NCBI GenBank assembly: GCA_964438385.1 | Contig: CAYTKI010000011.1 | Coordinates: 48,739 to 112,738 of the forward strand | Source: an uncultured Methanosarcinales archaeon | Lineage (GTDB): Archaea > Nanobdellota > Nanobdellia > Woesearchaeales > GW2011-AR4 | Direction: 5' to 3' | DNA: 64,000 nt | Shown: piece by piece, positions 9,892-18,596 of the stretch | How the letters are laid out: every line of letters begins with the position of its first letter | Position numbering within the stretch: position 1 is the stretch's first letter | The notes under the pieces: model-generated | Told to the model about the DNA's origin: nothing | The model's database searches: none | What the model saw: only the letters and a program-made list of their open reading frames with translations | Position numbers and translations under genes: made by a program

Positions 9892-10869
9892 ATGGCAAAA
9901 ATTCTAGTGACTGGCGGTACGGGCTATGTGGGGGCGAACCTAGTCGTTGCGCTGGCAAAGGGGAGGCACCAAATAACCATCTTTGCAAGCCAGCCAATGC
10001 ATCCGTTCCTAAAGGATTTGAATATCAGGATCATCCAAGGGGATATCCGTGACCAGGGGGCAGTCGAGAGCGCGATAAAAGGCAAGGATTATGTCTATCA
10101 CCTTGCCGCGACCGCTATCAACGATCCGAAGAGAAGAAAGGATATCTTCGATATCAACGTACTCGGGACGGAGAGTGTGATGAGGGCCGCTCTCAAGCAC
10201 AAAGTGAAGAAAGTCGTCTACACAAGCTCCAGCGCAGCGCTTGGCTTTTCCAAGAATGAGGTTCCGCTCGATGAAAAAAATTTCCTTGATGAGAAGGATA
10301 ATCTCTATGGCATCTCAAAGAAAAATGGGGAGGACATCGTCCTGGAATATGTCAAGAAAGGCCTTAATGCGGTGATTGTCATGCCCTGCTATGTCGTTGG
10401 CGCAGGAGAGGTGGATCCGCAAAGATACGGGCTCTGGAAAAGCATCCATGCGGGAAGGATCCGCTTCACCTATCCGGGAGGCGGAGGAACCGTTGCCATC
10501 GAGGATCTGGTGGAAGGCATCATGCTTGCGATGAAGAAAGGAAAGGCAGCAGAGCGCTACAATCTCTGCAGCGGCTATATCCGGCTCTTTGATTTCTATA
10601 ATCTCATCGCAAAAGAGATGGGAAGTCCAGGGATACGGTGGAAAATACCGCGCATGGGCTATTATCCCGCCTATTTTCTTGCCGCTATTCTCGAAAAGCT
10701 TTTGAAGAGCCCTCCAATCACAAGGGAAGCGGTGCGATGGCATTTCAATTACAAGATGCCGGATTCCTCGAAAGCAAGGAAGGAGTTGGGGTGGGATCCC
10801 AATGTCCAGCTCAGGGAATCAGTCCAGCGCGCAATCGCGTACTACAAGAAAATCGGGGTGCTTCCATGA
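9892..10869 (+). CDS. NAD-dependent sugar epimerase/dehydratase (extended SDR)
   Basis: KILVTGGTGYVGANLV...YTSSSAA...YGISK (GxxGxxG, YxxxK). Confidence 0.8.
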   Translation: MAKILVTGGTGYVGANLVVALAKGRHQITIFASQPMHPFLKDLNIRIIQGDIRDQGAVESAIKGKDYVYHLAATAINDPKRRKDIFDINVLGTESVMRAALKHKVKKVVYTSSSAALGFSKNEVPLDEKNFLDEKDNLYGISKKNGEDIVLEYVKKGLNAVIVMPCYVVGAGEVDPQRYGLWKSIHAGRIRFTYPGGGGTVAIEDLVEGIMLAMKKGKAAERYNLCSGYIRLFDFYNLIAKEMGSPGIRWKIPRMGYYPAYFLAAILEKLLKSPPITREAVRWHFNYKMPDSSKARKELGWDPNVQLRESVQRAIAYYKKIGVLP

Positions 10870-11351
10870 AAATGGACCTGTTCCAGAAAATCATTAATAT
10901 GATAATCAATAGGATGAGGGTTTTTGTCAATAACGGGACGGCAAAGGTGCTCTCAAAGCCACACTTCATGACAAGAATTTTCGTGAACAGAGGGGCCCAT
11001 CTTGAGATAGGGATGAACACCAGCATCCAGCCCTACACAGTCGTTAATGTCGGAAGAAAAGTCAGCATCGGAAGCGATGTCATGGTCTCGCCGCATTGCT
11101 TCATCTCTGATTTCCAGCACGACTTCAAGCTCACGGGAAAGGAGAGGATGGAGAGCATGAAATACATGGATTGCGTGATAGACGATGGTGCATGGATCGG
11201 CTTTGGAAGCGTCATCATCGGCTCAAAGATCGGAAAGAATGCCGTAATTGGGGCGAATTCGACGCTCATCAACAAGGACATCAAAGACGATCATCTGTTT
11301 TTTGGTGACAGCAGGCTTGAGCAGACCCCAGAGCAGCTTAAGATTCGTTAG
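10866..11351 (+). CDS. Left-handed beta-helix (hexapeptide-repeat) acetyltransferase
   Basis: Hexapeptide repeats (VSIGSDVMV, AWIGFGSVIIGSKIGKNAVIGANSTL). The ATG overlaps the upstream stop (ATGA). Confidence 0.7.
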   Translation: MKMDLFQKIINMIINRMRVFVNNGTAKVLSKPHFMTRIFVNRGAHLEIGMNTSIQPYTVVNVGRKVSIGSDVMVSPHCFISDFQHDFKLTGKERMESMKYMDCVIDDGAWIGFGSVIIGSKIGKNAVIGANSTLINKDIKDDHLFFGDSRLEQTPEQLKIR

Positions 11352-12427
11352 AAGGAAATGACATCCGCAAGGAATTCTGCCGCATATTTGCCATCGGTAA
11401 TGCGGTGGTCAAATGCAATAGTCAGGTTTATTTTTGAGTCATGGGAAAGTTTTCCGCCATGTTGGGCGCAGGAATCATATTCTGAACCGATGCCAACGAT
11501 TGCAGATTGCCTTGCATTGATGAGGGGCTGGAATGAGAGAACGCCTGTTGCGGAGAGATCAGAGACGGTGAAGGTCCCTCCGTCCATGTCTTCCACTATA
11601 AGCGCGTTCTTTACTGTTTTCATGATGTGCTGCTTGTACTCTTCGGCAAATTGCGATAAGGGAATTCCTGATGCATTCTTTATGACCGGCACGAGCAGCT
11701 CATTTCCCACGTTTATGGCAATCCCAAGGTTGACCATCTTATACACCATAAATTTTCCCGCATGAAAATAGCTGTTAAGAAGCGGAAATTTCTTGAGGGA
11801 TAGTGCGATGCGAAATGAGAGGAATTCGCCTGAGCTAAGATTGATACGCAACTCGCTTTTTGCCTTCAAAATCGCCTCCTTGAGTTTGGAGGCAGAGCAT
11901 GTCATAGTAACTGAAGAGACAATATACTCCTTATTATGCGAGATTGCTTCTATCTCAGCAAGCTTCCGCGGAGAAATATCTTGCGCAATTGCATTGGTTT
12001 GCGTCAGTGACGCAATGTACTCTAGAATGTCAGATTCCTTGATAATCTTAGAAATTCCTTTGAACGCTGACAAAATATCTATGCCGTTATCTGCAGCAAG
12101 CTTTTTTGCAGATGGCGTTGCCTTGATATCGGTTGTAGCATCAGTTTTTGCTGTCTGCTGCGTGCGCTTGAAAGGCGCAATGGTTTCACCCGCAGTTCCG
12201 ATGAATCCAAGTTCATCAAGAACGTTATAGCGCTTCCCCAGCTCTGCTTCTAGGGCAAGTACCATTCCCTCACTCTCTGCCTCGATGCCATAGACAGCTT
12301 TCTCAGTCTCCACTTCGAAAAGAATGTCTCCCTTCTTCACAGTATCCCCCTTCCTAGCAAAGAGTTTGACAACAAGCGCCGTTGAGATATTTGCCCCCAT
12401 TTTGGGGATATAAATGAGTGTTCCCAT
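11348..12427 (-). CDS. Dihydrolipoamide acyltransferase (E2) of a 2-oxoacid dehydrogenase complex
   Basis: Lipoyl domain (ILFEVETEKAVYGIEAESEGMV), linker/PSBD region, and C-terminal 2-oxoacid_dh catalytic domain (AFDHRITDG). Confidence 0.85.
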   Translation of the reverse strand: MGTLIYIPKMGANISTALVVKLFARKGDTVKKGDILFEVETEKAVYGIEAESEGMVLALEAELGKRYNVLDELGFIGTAGETIAPFKRTQQTAKTDATTDIKATPSAKKLAADNGIDILSAFKGISKIIKESDILEYIASLTQTNAIAQDISPRKLAEIEAISHNKEYIVSSVTMTCSASKLKEAILKAKSELRINLSSGEFLSFRIALSLKKFPLLNSYFHAGKFMVYKMVNLGIAINVGNELLVPVIKNASGIPLSQFAEEYKQHIMKTVKNALIVEDMDGGTFTVSDLSATGVLSFQPLINARQSAIVGIGSEYDSCAQHGGKLSHDSKINLTIAFDHRITDGKYAAEFLADVISF

Positions 12428-12532
12428 GTCCTATGGTCCCCCAATTCCGTTTAAATAAGTTTGCTCGGGAAAGCCGCCATTCAGTTGCCAATCACTCTCA
12501 TTCTTGCCTGGCAACCAACACCCGCTCCCCAA

Positions 12533-13669
12533 TCATTTATTTTTTGAGGGCATATTGCTTTTCAAAATATTATCTCTGAGAATCTCTGCCACAAGCGTAT
12601 GGCCTTCCACGTTCCAATGACCATCAACAATGAAATAGAATGTGTTGTTGATGTTTTTCTGCCTGAACTCATCTAGGGGGTTGATGGCAGCAATGCCTTC
12701 TTTTTTGAGCCAGGGGACAAGCTCATCCTGCACTCTTGTCCTATTGATATCATTTAGCCCATTTTCCGAAGCGAATTTTTGCATCATCCCCTCATCAACC
12801 TGCTCTTTTGCCGGACTTACAAGAACCATAAAGTGGATATTTCTTTCATCAAGATATTTTTTCATGGCATCAAGCAGAAGCAAGGTCTTTTGGAATGCCT
12901 GCTCATACTCTTTGCTTTGCTCATTGGAATAGATTAGCGTATTGAAGTCCGCTTTTGGATCTTTTGTAGAAGGGTTGAGAAGGTGCATCCCAATGAGGAG
13001 GTTACTGATTTTCTTATTATCAATAACCGAGAAATAGAAAAGTGAATAGAGATGGGAATGCCAGCTCACCATATTCCTCACTTTCAGGGAGAAGCCCACA
13101 TCCTTTTTTGGAGTTTGGATAAGGGTGCTATTTTGTACCTCGAAGAGATTATACTTCACGTTCTCCTTAAGATCATTTGGAAAAAAGCTGAGAACGACCA
13201 TATCTGGGTGGAATGCCGCAACAGTATCCCTGAGAAGGAGGTATTCCTGCTCGGTACCATAGGCCGATATCCCAAAATTCATAACTTCGTATTTTCCTCT
13301 ACTATTATTTCCGTTGAGGAGCCGCTCAAGTACTTTGGCAAATGCCTCATTCTCCTCAACCCCAAACCCGAACACAAATGAGTCGCCGAGAACCGCGATT
13401 CTTTTCACGCCTTCTGGCTTCTGCACAGCATACTCCCTATCCCGAAGTCCTTGGGAGCTAATCCTCACATGCGTCTTGAATTCTAGGCGCTGAAGTACAG
13501 TTGAAATTCCCGGCTTGTGCTCAAATATCTTTTCAGAATCAAGCTGAGTGATATTGAGGTTTTGCGGGAAGAAGAGGCGGAGAAAGATTTCTGTAAGGAG
13601 GAATATAACCAGCAGCGCAGCAATTGCGACTGCAGCATTTTTCAAGAAACCCCCCATGCTCCAATTCAT
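12533..13669 (-). CDS. Membrane-anchored SGNH/GDSL hydrolase (paralog 1), inserted between E1beta and E2
   Basis: N-terminal TM helix, then block I RIAVLGDSFVFGFGV and C-terminal DGHWN (catalytic D/H). Confidence 0.7.
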   Translation of the reverse strand: MNWSMGGFLKNAAVAIAALLVIFLLTEIFLRLFFPQNLNITQLDSEKIFEHKPGISTVLQRLEFKTHVRISSQGLRDREYAVQKPEGVKRIAVLGDSFVFGFGVEENEAFAKVLERLLNGNNSRGKYEVMNFGISAYGTEQEYLLLRDTVAAFHPDMVVLSFFPNDLKENVKYNLFEVQNSTLIQTPKKDVGFSLKVRNMVSWHSHLYSLFYFSVIDNKKISNLLIGMHLLNPSTKDPKADFNTLIYSNEQSKEYEQAFQKTLLLLDAMKKYLDERNIHFMVLVSPAKEQVDEGMMQKFASENGLNDINRTRVQDELVPWLKKEGIAAINPLDEFRQKNINNTFYFIVDGHWNVEGHTLVAEILRDNILKSNMPSKNK

Positions 13670-13901
13670 TGCCTTTCCTTTCCTCCCTTAAAATTCCTTA
13701 CGCCACTCTGCTCTTGCCTAAAAATTGTTTATAAAAGTATCACGCGATGAGGCTGTTGCACTATCTGGATATGCCCAAAAGGAAGAAAACACCAATCCAG
13801 AAGTTTTGGTTCAGTAAAGGAATGCGCGTCCTGTTGCGCGCCACCATTGTGCGAGTGCGCAGTACAAGCGAGATAAAAAATAAACCTATACATAGAGTAA
13901 A

Positions 13902-14876
13902 TCATTCATCCAATAAGGCCAATACTGCCGCCTCTATCCTCTCTTTGTTTGGGATCAGTTTTTTCTCAAAGCTGGGATTGCAGGGAATGGGCGCATCAAA
14001 GGTGGCAATTCTCTTCATGGGAGCGTTAAGCGAATAAAAGCAGGATTCATTGATTCGTGCCATGATTTCTGCCGCAACTCCTGCCTCCTGAAAACCCTCA
14101 TCAACAATGACCACTTTTCCGATTTTCTTGACTGACGCGGAGATTGTCTCAATGTCAAGCGGCTTGATAGTGCGAAGATCAATCACTTCAACAGATACAC
14201 CATGTTTCTCAAGCTCCTGCGCGACTTCAAGGCAGTCATTGACTAGCTTGCTAAAGGAAATGAGTAGGGCATCGCTGCCAATTTTTGCCACCCTGGCTTT
14301 TCCTAACGGAATAAGTGCAGGGGCATTTGTAACATCTGCCTTTACCGAATACAACAATTTATGCTCGACAAATACAACGGGGCTGTTGTCCGCAATCGAC
14401 GCATGAAGCAATGCCTTTGCCTCAAGGGGATTTGAGGGAGCAACGATCTTGATGCCGGGAATATGCATGAGGGGGGCATACAATGATTTGGAATGCGTCG
14501 CCCCATACCCCCGCCCGGCCCCTGCTGCGACGCGGATGACTACGGGAACAGAAGTCTTTCCGTTTGAGAGATAGTGGAAGATGCTCGCATGATTGAATAG
14601 CTGATCATATGCCAATGTCACAAAATCCATGAACATGAGTTCCACAACGGGGCGAAGCCCCTGAATTGCGGCTCCAACGCCAAGCCCAACGATTGCCGCC
14701 TCCGACATCGGCGTGTCGATGACTCTTTTGCTTCCGTATTTGTCAAACAGCCCTTTCGTCATGCCAAAGCACCCGCCATAGACTGCAATGTCCTCCCCTG
14801 CAAGAAAGACATTCTCATCATTTGCAAGTGCCTCATCAAGGCCTTCCCGAATCATCTCCCCATAGGATTTCATCAT
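13902..14876 (-). CDS. 2-oxoacid (pyruvate/acetoin) dehydrogenase E1 beta subunit
   Basis: Transketolase-like pyrimidine-binding and C-terminal domains. Overlaps the E1 alpha gene by 4 nt. Confidence 0.9.
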   Translation of the reverse strand: MMKSYGEMIREGLDEALANDENVFLAGEDIAVYGGCFGMTKGLFDKYGSKRVIDTPMSEAAIVGLGVGAAIQGLRPVVELMFMDFVTLAYDQLFNHASIFHYLSNGKTSVPVVIRVAAGAGRGYGATHSKSLYAPLMHIPGIKIVAPSNPLEAKALLHASIADNSPVVFVEHKLLYSVKADVTNAPALIPLGKARVAKIGSDALLISFSKLVNDCLEVAQELEKHGVSVEVIDLRTIKPLDIETISASVKKIGKVVIVDEGFQEAGVAAEIMARINESCFYSLNAPMKRIATFDAPIPCNPSFEKKLIPNKERIEAAVLALLDE

Positions 14877-15814
14877 GGCGCGTACACATTCTCCAATAAC
14901 CTGCTCTCCTCCTCTTCAGGAAGCGCAATGACTTCGTCCGCTATGGTGTTTACAGTTGCAGTGCATTCTTCTTTGAATGCATTAATCGCTTCCCTCGTGG
15001 TTTTTCCGCTGTCAATAAGTTCATTTTCCATGGCCGGAACAGCATCCTTTCCGAACCAGAACTGCTCTTCTTTCTTGTCGCGGTACAGGTTCTGATCGTT
15101 TTTCGAGTGGCCATGGTGCCTATACGTCTGCACCTCGATGAATCGGGGGGAGGGGGTTTTCCGCATGTCACTGATGAATGTTTTTGCTGCCAAATCGAGC
15201 TTGTTGTAGTTATTTTCAGGTATGGTCTCGCAAATGATGCCAAATCCTTCTACCCTCTTCTTGATAGTTGCAGAAAGAACGCGATTGACATGGGTTGACA
15301 TTGCGTAAAAATTGTTCTCGCACACGAAGAGTACCGGAACGTCAAGGACTTTTGCCATGTTGAGTGCCTCAAGCGCAAATCCCTCATTCATGGTCCCGTC
15401 CCCAAGGTATGCAACAACAATGGAGTCCTTGCCTTTGTACTTGTCCGCAAAGGCCATGCCGTTTGCAACCGGCATCATGCCGCCGGTGATACCATTGGCA
15501 AAGAAATTGTGATCCTTTGAGCTCACGTGCTGCGAGCCTCCTTTGCCCCTGTTATACCCGATTTTCTTGCCCAGAAGCTCTGCGAGAAATAGGCGAACAT
15601 CAAGCCCTTTGGCAAGAGCATGCCCATGGCCGCGGTGCGTGCTCGTGACCGCATCCTCATCAGTGAGGTATTGGGAGATGATGACGGGAATAAACTCCTG
15701 GCCTATGCAAAAGTGCGCAGTTCCATGCACCAACCCTTTTTTGAAGAGCTCATCAAGCTTTTTCTCAACAGTGCGTATGAGAAAAGTCTTCTTATAAACT
15801 TCAAAATCCATGTG
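14873..15814 (-). CDS. 2-oxoacid dehydrogenase E1 alpha subunit (TPP-dependent)
   Basis: GDG TPP-binding motif (YLGDGTMNEG), HGHS phosphorylation-loop-like region (YRHHGHS). Start placed at MDFEVYKK; the 27-aa N-terminal extension in the track is probably not translated. Confidence 0.85.
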   Translation of the reverse strand, partial: HMDFEVYKKTFLIRTVEKKLDELFKKGLVHGTAHFCIGQEFIPVIISQYLTDEDAVTSTHRGHGHALAKGLDVRLFLAELLGKKIGYNRGKGGSQHVSSKDHNFFANGITGGMMPVANGMAFADKYKGKDSIVVAYLGDGTMNEGFALEALNMAKVLDVPVLFVCENNFYAMSTHVNRVLSATIKKRVEGFGIICETIPENNYNKLDLAAKTFISDMRKTPSPRFIEVQTYRHHGHSKNDQNLYRDKKEEQFWFGKDAVPAMENELIDSGKTTREAINAFKEECTATVNTIADEVIALPEEEESRLLENVYAP

Positions 15815-15880
15815 GTCTGGAGAGCCAGAAACGTTTAAATAGGTTTCTGAGGAAGCACTCTGCTTTAAGAGGGAAAATGG

Positions 15881-16099
15881 ATGGATGAAGAGCAACTCAA
15901 GGCGTTCACTGCGGAGTACTGGAAGCTTAAGCCATCAGGGGTACACGAAGGGCTTTCTTTCGATAATGTGCAGATCGCAAATTTTAGCTCCATTAAGTTC
16001 TATCGTTTCATCGCGGAAGTGGAGAAGAGATTCAAGGTCAAGGTGCACAATCTCAGTCAGATAGCCACTCTAAAGGATCTTCTCGCTAACCTGAAATAA
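15881..16099 (+). CDS. Small acyl/aminoacyl carrier protein-like protein (copy 1)
   Basis: 72 aa. The core NFSSIKFYRFIAEVEKRFKVKV aligns residue-by-residue with copy 2 at 47751..47999 (DSFNNLMLISKFEEEYNVRF) and fits a phosphopantetheine-attachment Ser followed by helix II/III. TTTAAATA sits 40 nt upstream. Confidence 0.5.
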   Translation: MDEEQLKAFTAEYWKLKPSGVHEGLSFDNVQIANFSSIKFYRFIAEVEKRFKVKVHNLSQIATLKDLLANLK

Positions 16100-16103
16100 G
16101 GCC

Positions 16104-17432
16104 TTACTTCTTTCCTTTCTGGGCAATTTCGACAAGCGCGGCATCTACCGCTTGCAAAAATGCCTCTGAAAGAGTCGGGTGGGCATGTACGGTCTTATGG
16201 ATATCTTCCAATGTGAGGTTGTTTCTGATGGCAAGCGTTGGCTCTGCTACAAGTTCCGATGCCCAAGGGCCAATGGCGCAAAAACCCTTGAGATAGTTGC
16301 CATCGTGAAATATTTTAACAAACCCATCTATGTCCCCAAGGGCGCGGGCCTTGCCGTTTGCGGCGAATCGGAAGATGCTTGAGGGAAGGGTTGAATTTCG
16401 CACGCCAACAGAGGAGATTTCAGGTAAGGTGAAAATAGCGGCAGGAATAATTGTTCCGTCAAATTCCTTTCTTTTGCCCATGAGAGTTGAGGCAGCGGCT
16501 TCTGCCTGGGCAGAAGCAAAATGCGCAAGCATGGTCAGCCCGGTGACATCACCGACCGCATAGATATTTTCCACGCTGGTCTGCATCATGCTATTGACGT
16601 GAATTCCCTTCGAATAGTTTACACCAAGTTTGTCTAATTCTTTCTTGTCAAAAGATGGCTGAACGCCGATTGCGACAAGAATCCTATCTCCCTTCACACT
16701 CTTTGCTCCATTTTCATGCAGAAATGAGATTTCATCCTCCTTAATGCCCGTTACTTTTGCTTCGGTGAAAACATTTATGCCCTCTCTTCTCATCAGGCGC
16801 AGGATTTCCTCTGAGATATCGGCATCTTCTGTCGGCAGCAGCCGTTGTGCCATCTCAATGATTATCACCTTAGAGCCAAAGGCGCAGAAGAGGGAGGCGA
16901 ATTCACAGCCGATGTATCCTCCACCGATAATGACAAGTGTTGCGGGCAATTCAGTGACTTCAAGTAGCGTTGTGCTGTTAAGGACAAAAGGATTATCTTC
17001 TGTGTGGGGAAGCGCAATTGGCTTCGCTCCGGTAGCGATGACGATATTCTTTGTCTTGAGCTCTTTTCCATTGACAACAACAGTATGCCTGTCTTTGATT
17101 TTCCCTTCTCCGGAAATGACTTCCACATTGTGCTCATTCATCACCATGCCAATACCGCGCGAAAGCAATCCGGAAACCTCATCCTTGCGCTGCATAAGGG
17201 CGGCAAAATCAATCTGCACTTCGCCAGAAATGCCTGTCCCTTGTGCTTTCTTGAGCTTTTGGAGTAGCGTTGCTGTGGCATGCAGGGTCTTTGTCGGGAT
17301 GCATCCGTAATTGGTGCATGCGCCGCCGAGCTTGTCTTTTTCGATAAGTGCAGCTTTTCCACCAAGATCCGCTACAAGGCGCGCACATTCGTATCCACCT
17401 GGCCCTGAGCCGATGATTATTGCGTCATACAT
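16104..17432 (-). CDS. lpd: Dihydrolipoyl dehydrogenase (E3)
   Basis: YDAIIIGSGPGGY...GGACTNYGCIPTK redox-active disulfide motif. 442 aa. Confidence 0.9.
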   Translation of the reverse strand: MYDAIIIGSGPGGYECARLVADLGGKAALIEKDKLGGACTNYGCIPTKTLHATATLLQKLKKAQGTGISGEVQIDFAALMQRKDEVSGLLSRGIGMVMNEHNVEVISGEGKIKDRHTVVVNGKELKTKNIVIATGAKPIALPHTEDNPFVLNSTTLLEVTELPATLVIIGGGYIGCEFASLFCAFGSKVIIIEMAQRLLPTEDADISEEILRLMRREGINVFTEAKVTGIKEDEISFLHENGAKSVKGDRILVAIGVQPSFDKKELDKLGVNYSKGIHVNSMMQTSVENIYAVGDVTGLTMLAHFASAQAEAAASTLMGKRKEFDGTIIPAAIFTLPEISSVGVRNSTLPSSIFRFAANGKARALGDIDGFVKIFHDGNYLKGFCAIGPWASELVAEPTLAIRNNLTLEDIHKTVHAHPTLSEAFLQAVDAALVEIAQKGKK

Positions 17433-17567
17433 GGAAATCAGATAAAAGGTGGAAGTGGTATTTTAAAGATTTTGTGGTGGAAATGTCCGCATAAGGGAAA
17501 AGTGATGGAGGGTAATTGATGGCAAATAATCGTTATATTTATCTATGGAAAGGGATTTTGGCTTGGA

Positions 17568-18596
17568 ATGAAAGAAAAGCAAAAGAACCTCATTGCACTT
17601 GTGGTATCCATTGCTCTCATCCTCTTCCTTGCCGAGATGATGCTGCGTTTTGTGGTGATAGGCCCCCCTCTAAAGGAAACTCCAAACTCCATGCACATTC
17701 CGCTTAACACTTCAGAACGGCTCTGGGGGCTTAAGCCAAACGAGGAAGGCATCCAGGCAGGCGCCTATTACAGGATCAACTCCCAAGGATTCAGGGATTA
17801 TGAATACTCACAAAAGAAGCCGGCAGGTGTTTATAGGATTGCCGTGATTGGTGACTCAGTCACATTTGGCAAGGGGGTTCTTTTGGAGGACACTTATACA
17901 AAGATCCTTGAGAAAGAGCTTCCTTCGCTTTGCAATAAGAAGATAGAGGTGCTCAATTTTGGAGTTTATGGCTACAACACAGAGCAGGAAGTTGCCGTTA
18001 TAAAGGAGCATGTATTGAAGTACCATCCGGACATGATAATCATGCTCTACACCCTTAACGATCCTGATGTTGAGTTCCAATTCATCCTTTCAAGAGTTGA
18101 GGAAAAAAAGACAGTGAGTGGGAGCGTCAAGAAATTCCTAAACGATCACATCTATCTCTATAAGATTGCCGCCCGCATTTACTACACACAGAGCCAAATC
18201 AAGAAAAACAAGAATTTAAGCATTCTAACTTTTTATCCGAAACTCCATAATAAATCATATCCAGGATGGAAGATGGTCGAGCAGAAATTTTCAGAAATGA
18301 GTGATTTAAGTAGATATGAAAGAATTCCGATTGTTCTTTTCATTCAGCCGGAGCTCTATAAGTTAAGCGGAGAGTATCCGTTCGCAGCCATCCATGCGCA
18401 GGTGATCGCAGAGGCCAAGGCAAGGGGAATTCCCGCCTATGATCTCTTCCCCTATTTCAAGGGAGGGAATCCGCGGGAGCTGAGGGTCAGTAATTTCGAG
18501 GATCGGCATCCAAACAAGAGGGGCCATAAGATAATCGCAGAAGGAATTATGGATATCCTCGCCAAAAATAATTTTCTTAAGGGATGCAATGCATAG
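17568..18596 (+). CDS. Membrane-anchored SGNH/GDSL hydrolase (paralog 2)
   Basis: TM anchor plus RIAVIGDSVTFGKGV. Same architecture as 12533..13669 and 19694..20851. Confidence 0.7.
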   Translation: MKEKQKNLIALVVSIALILFLAEMMLRFVVIGPPLKETPNSMHIPLNTSERLWGLKPNEEGIQAGAYYRINSQGFRDYEYSQKKPAGVYRIAVIGDSVTFGKGVLLEDTYTKILEKELPSLCNKKIEVLNFGVYGYNTEQEVAVIKEHVLKYHPDMIIMLYTLNDPDVEFQFILSRVEEKKTVSGSVKKFLNDHIYLYKIAARIYYTQSQIKKNKNLSILTFYPKLHNKSYPGWKMVEQKFSEMSDLSRYERIPIVLFIQPELYKLSGEYPFAAIHAQVIAEAKARGIPAYDLFPYFKGGNPRELRVSNFEDRHPNKRGHKIIAEGIMDILAKNNFLKGCNA

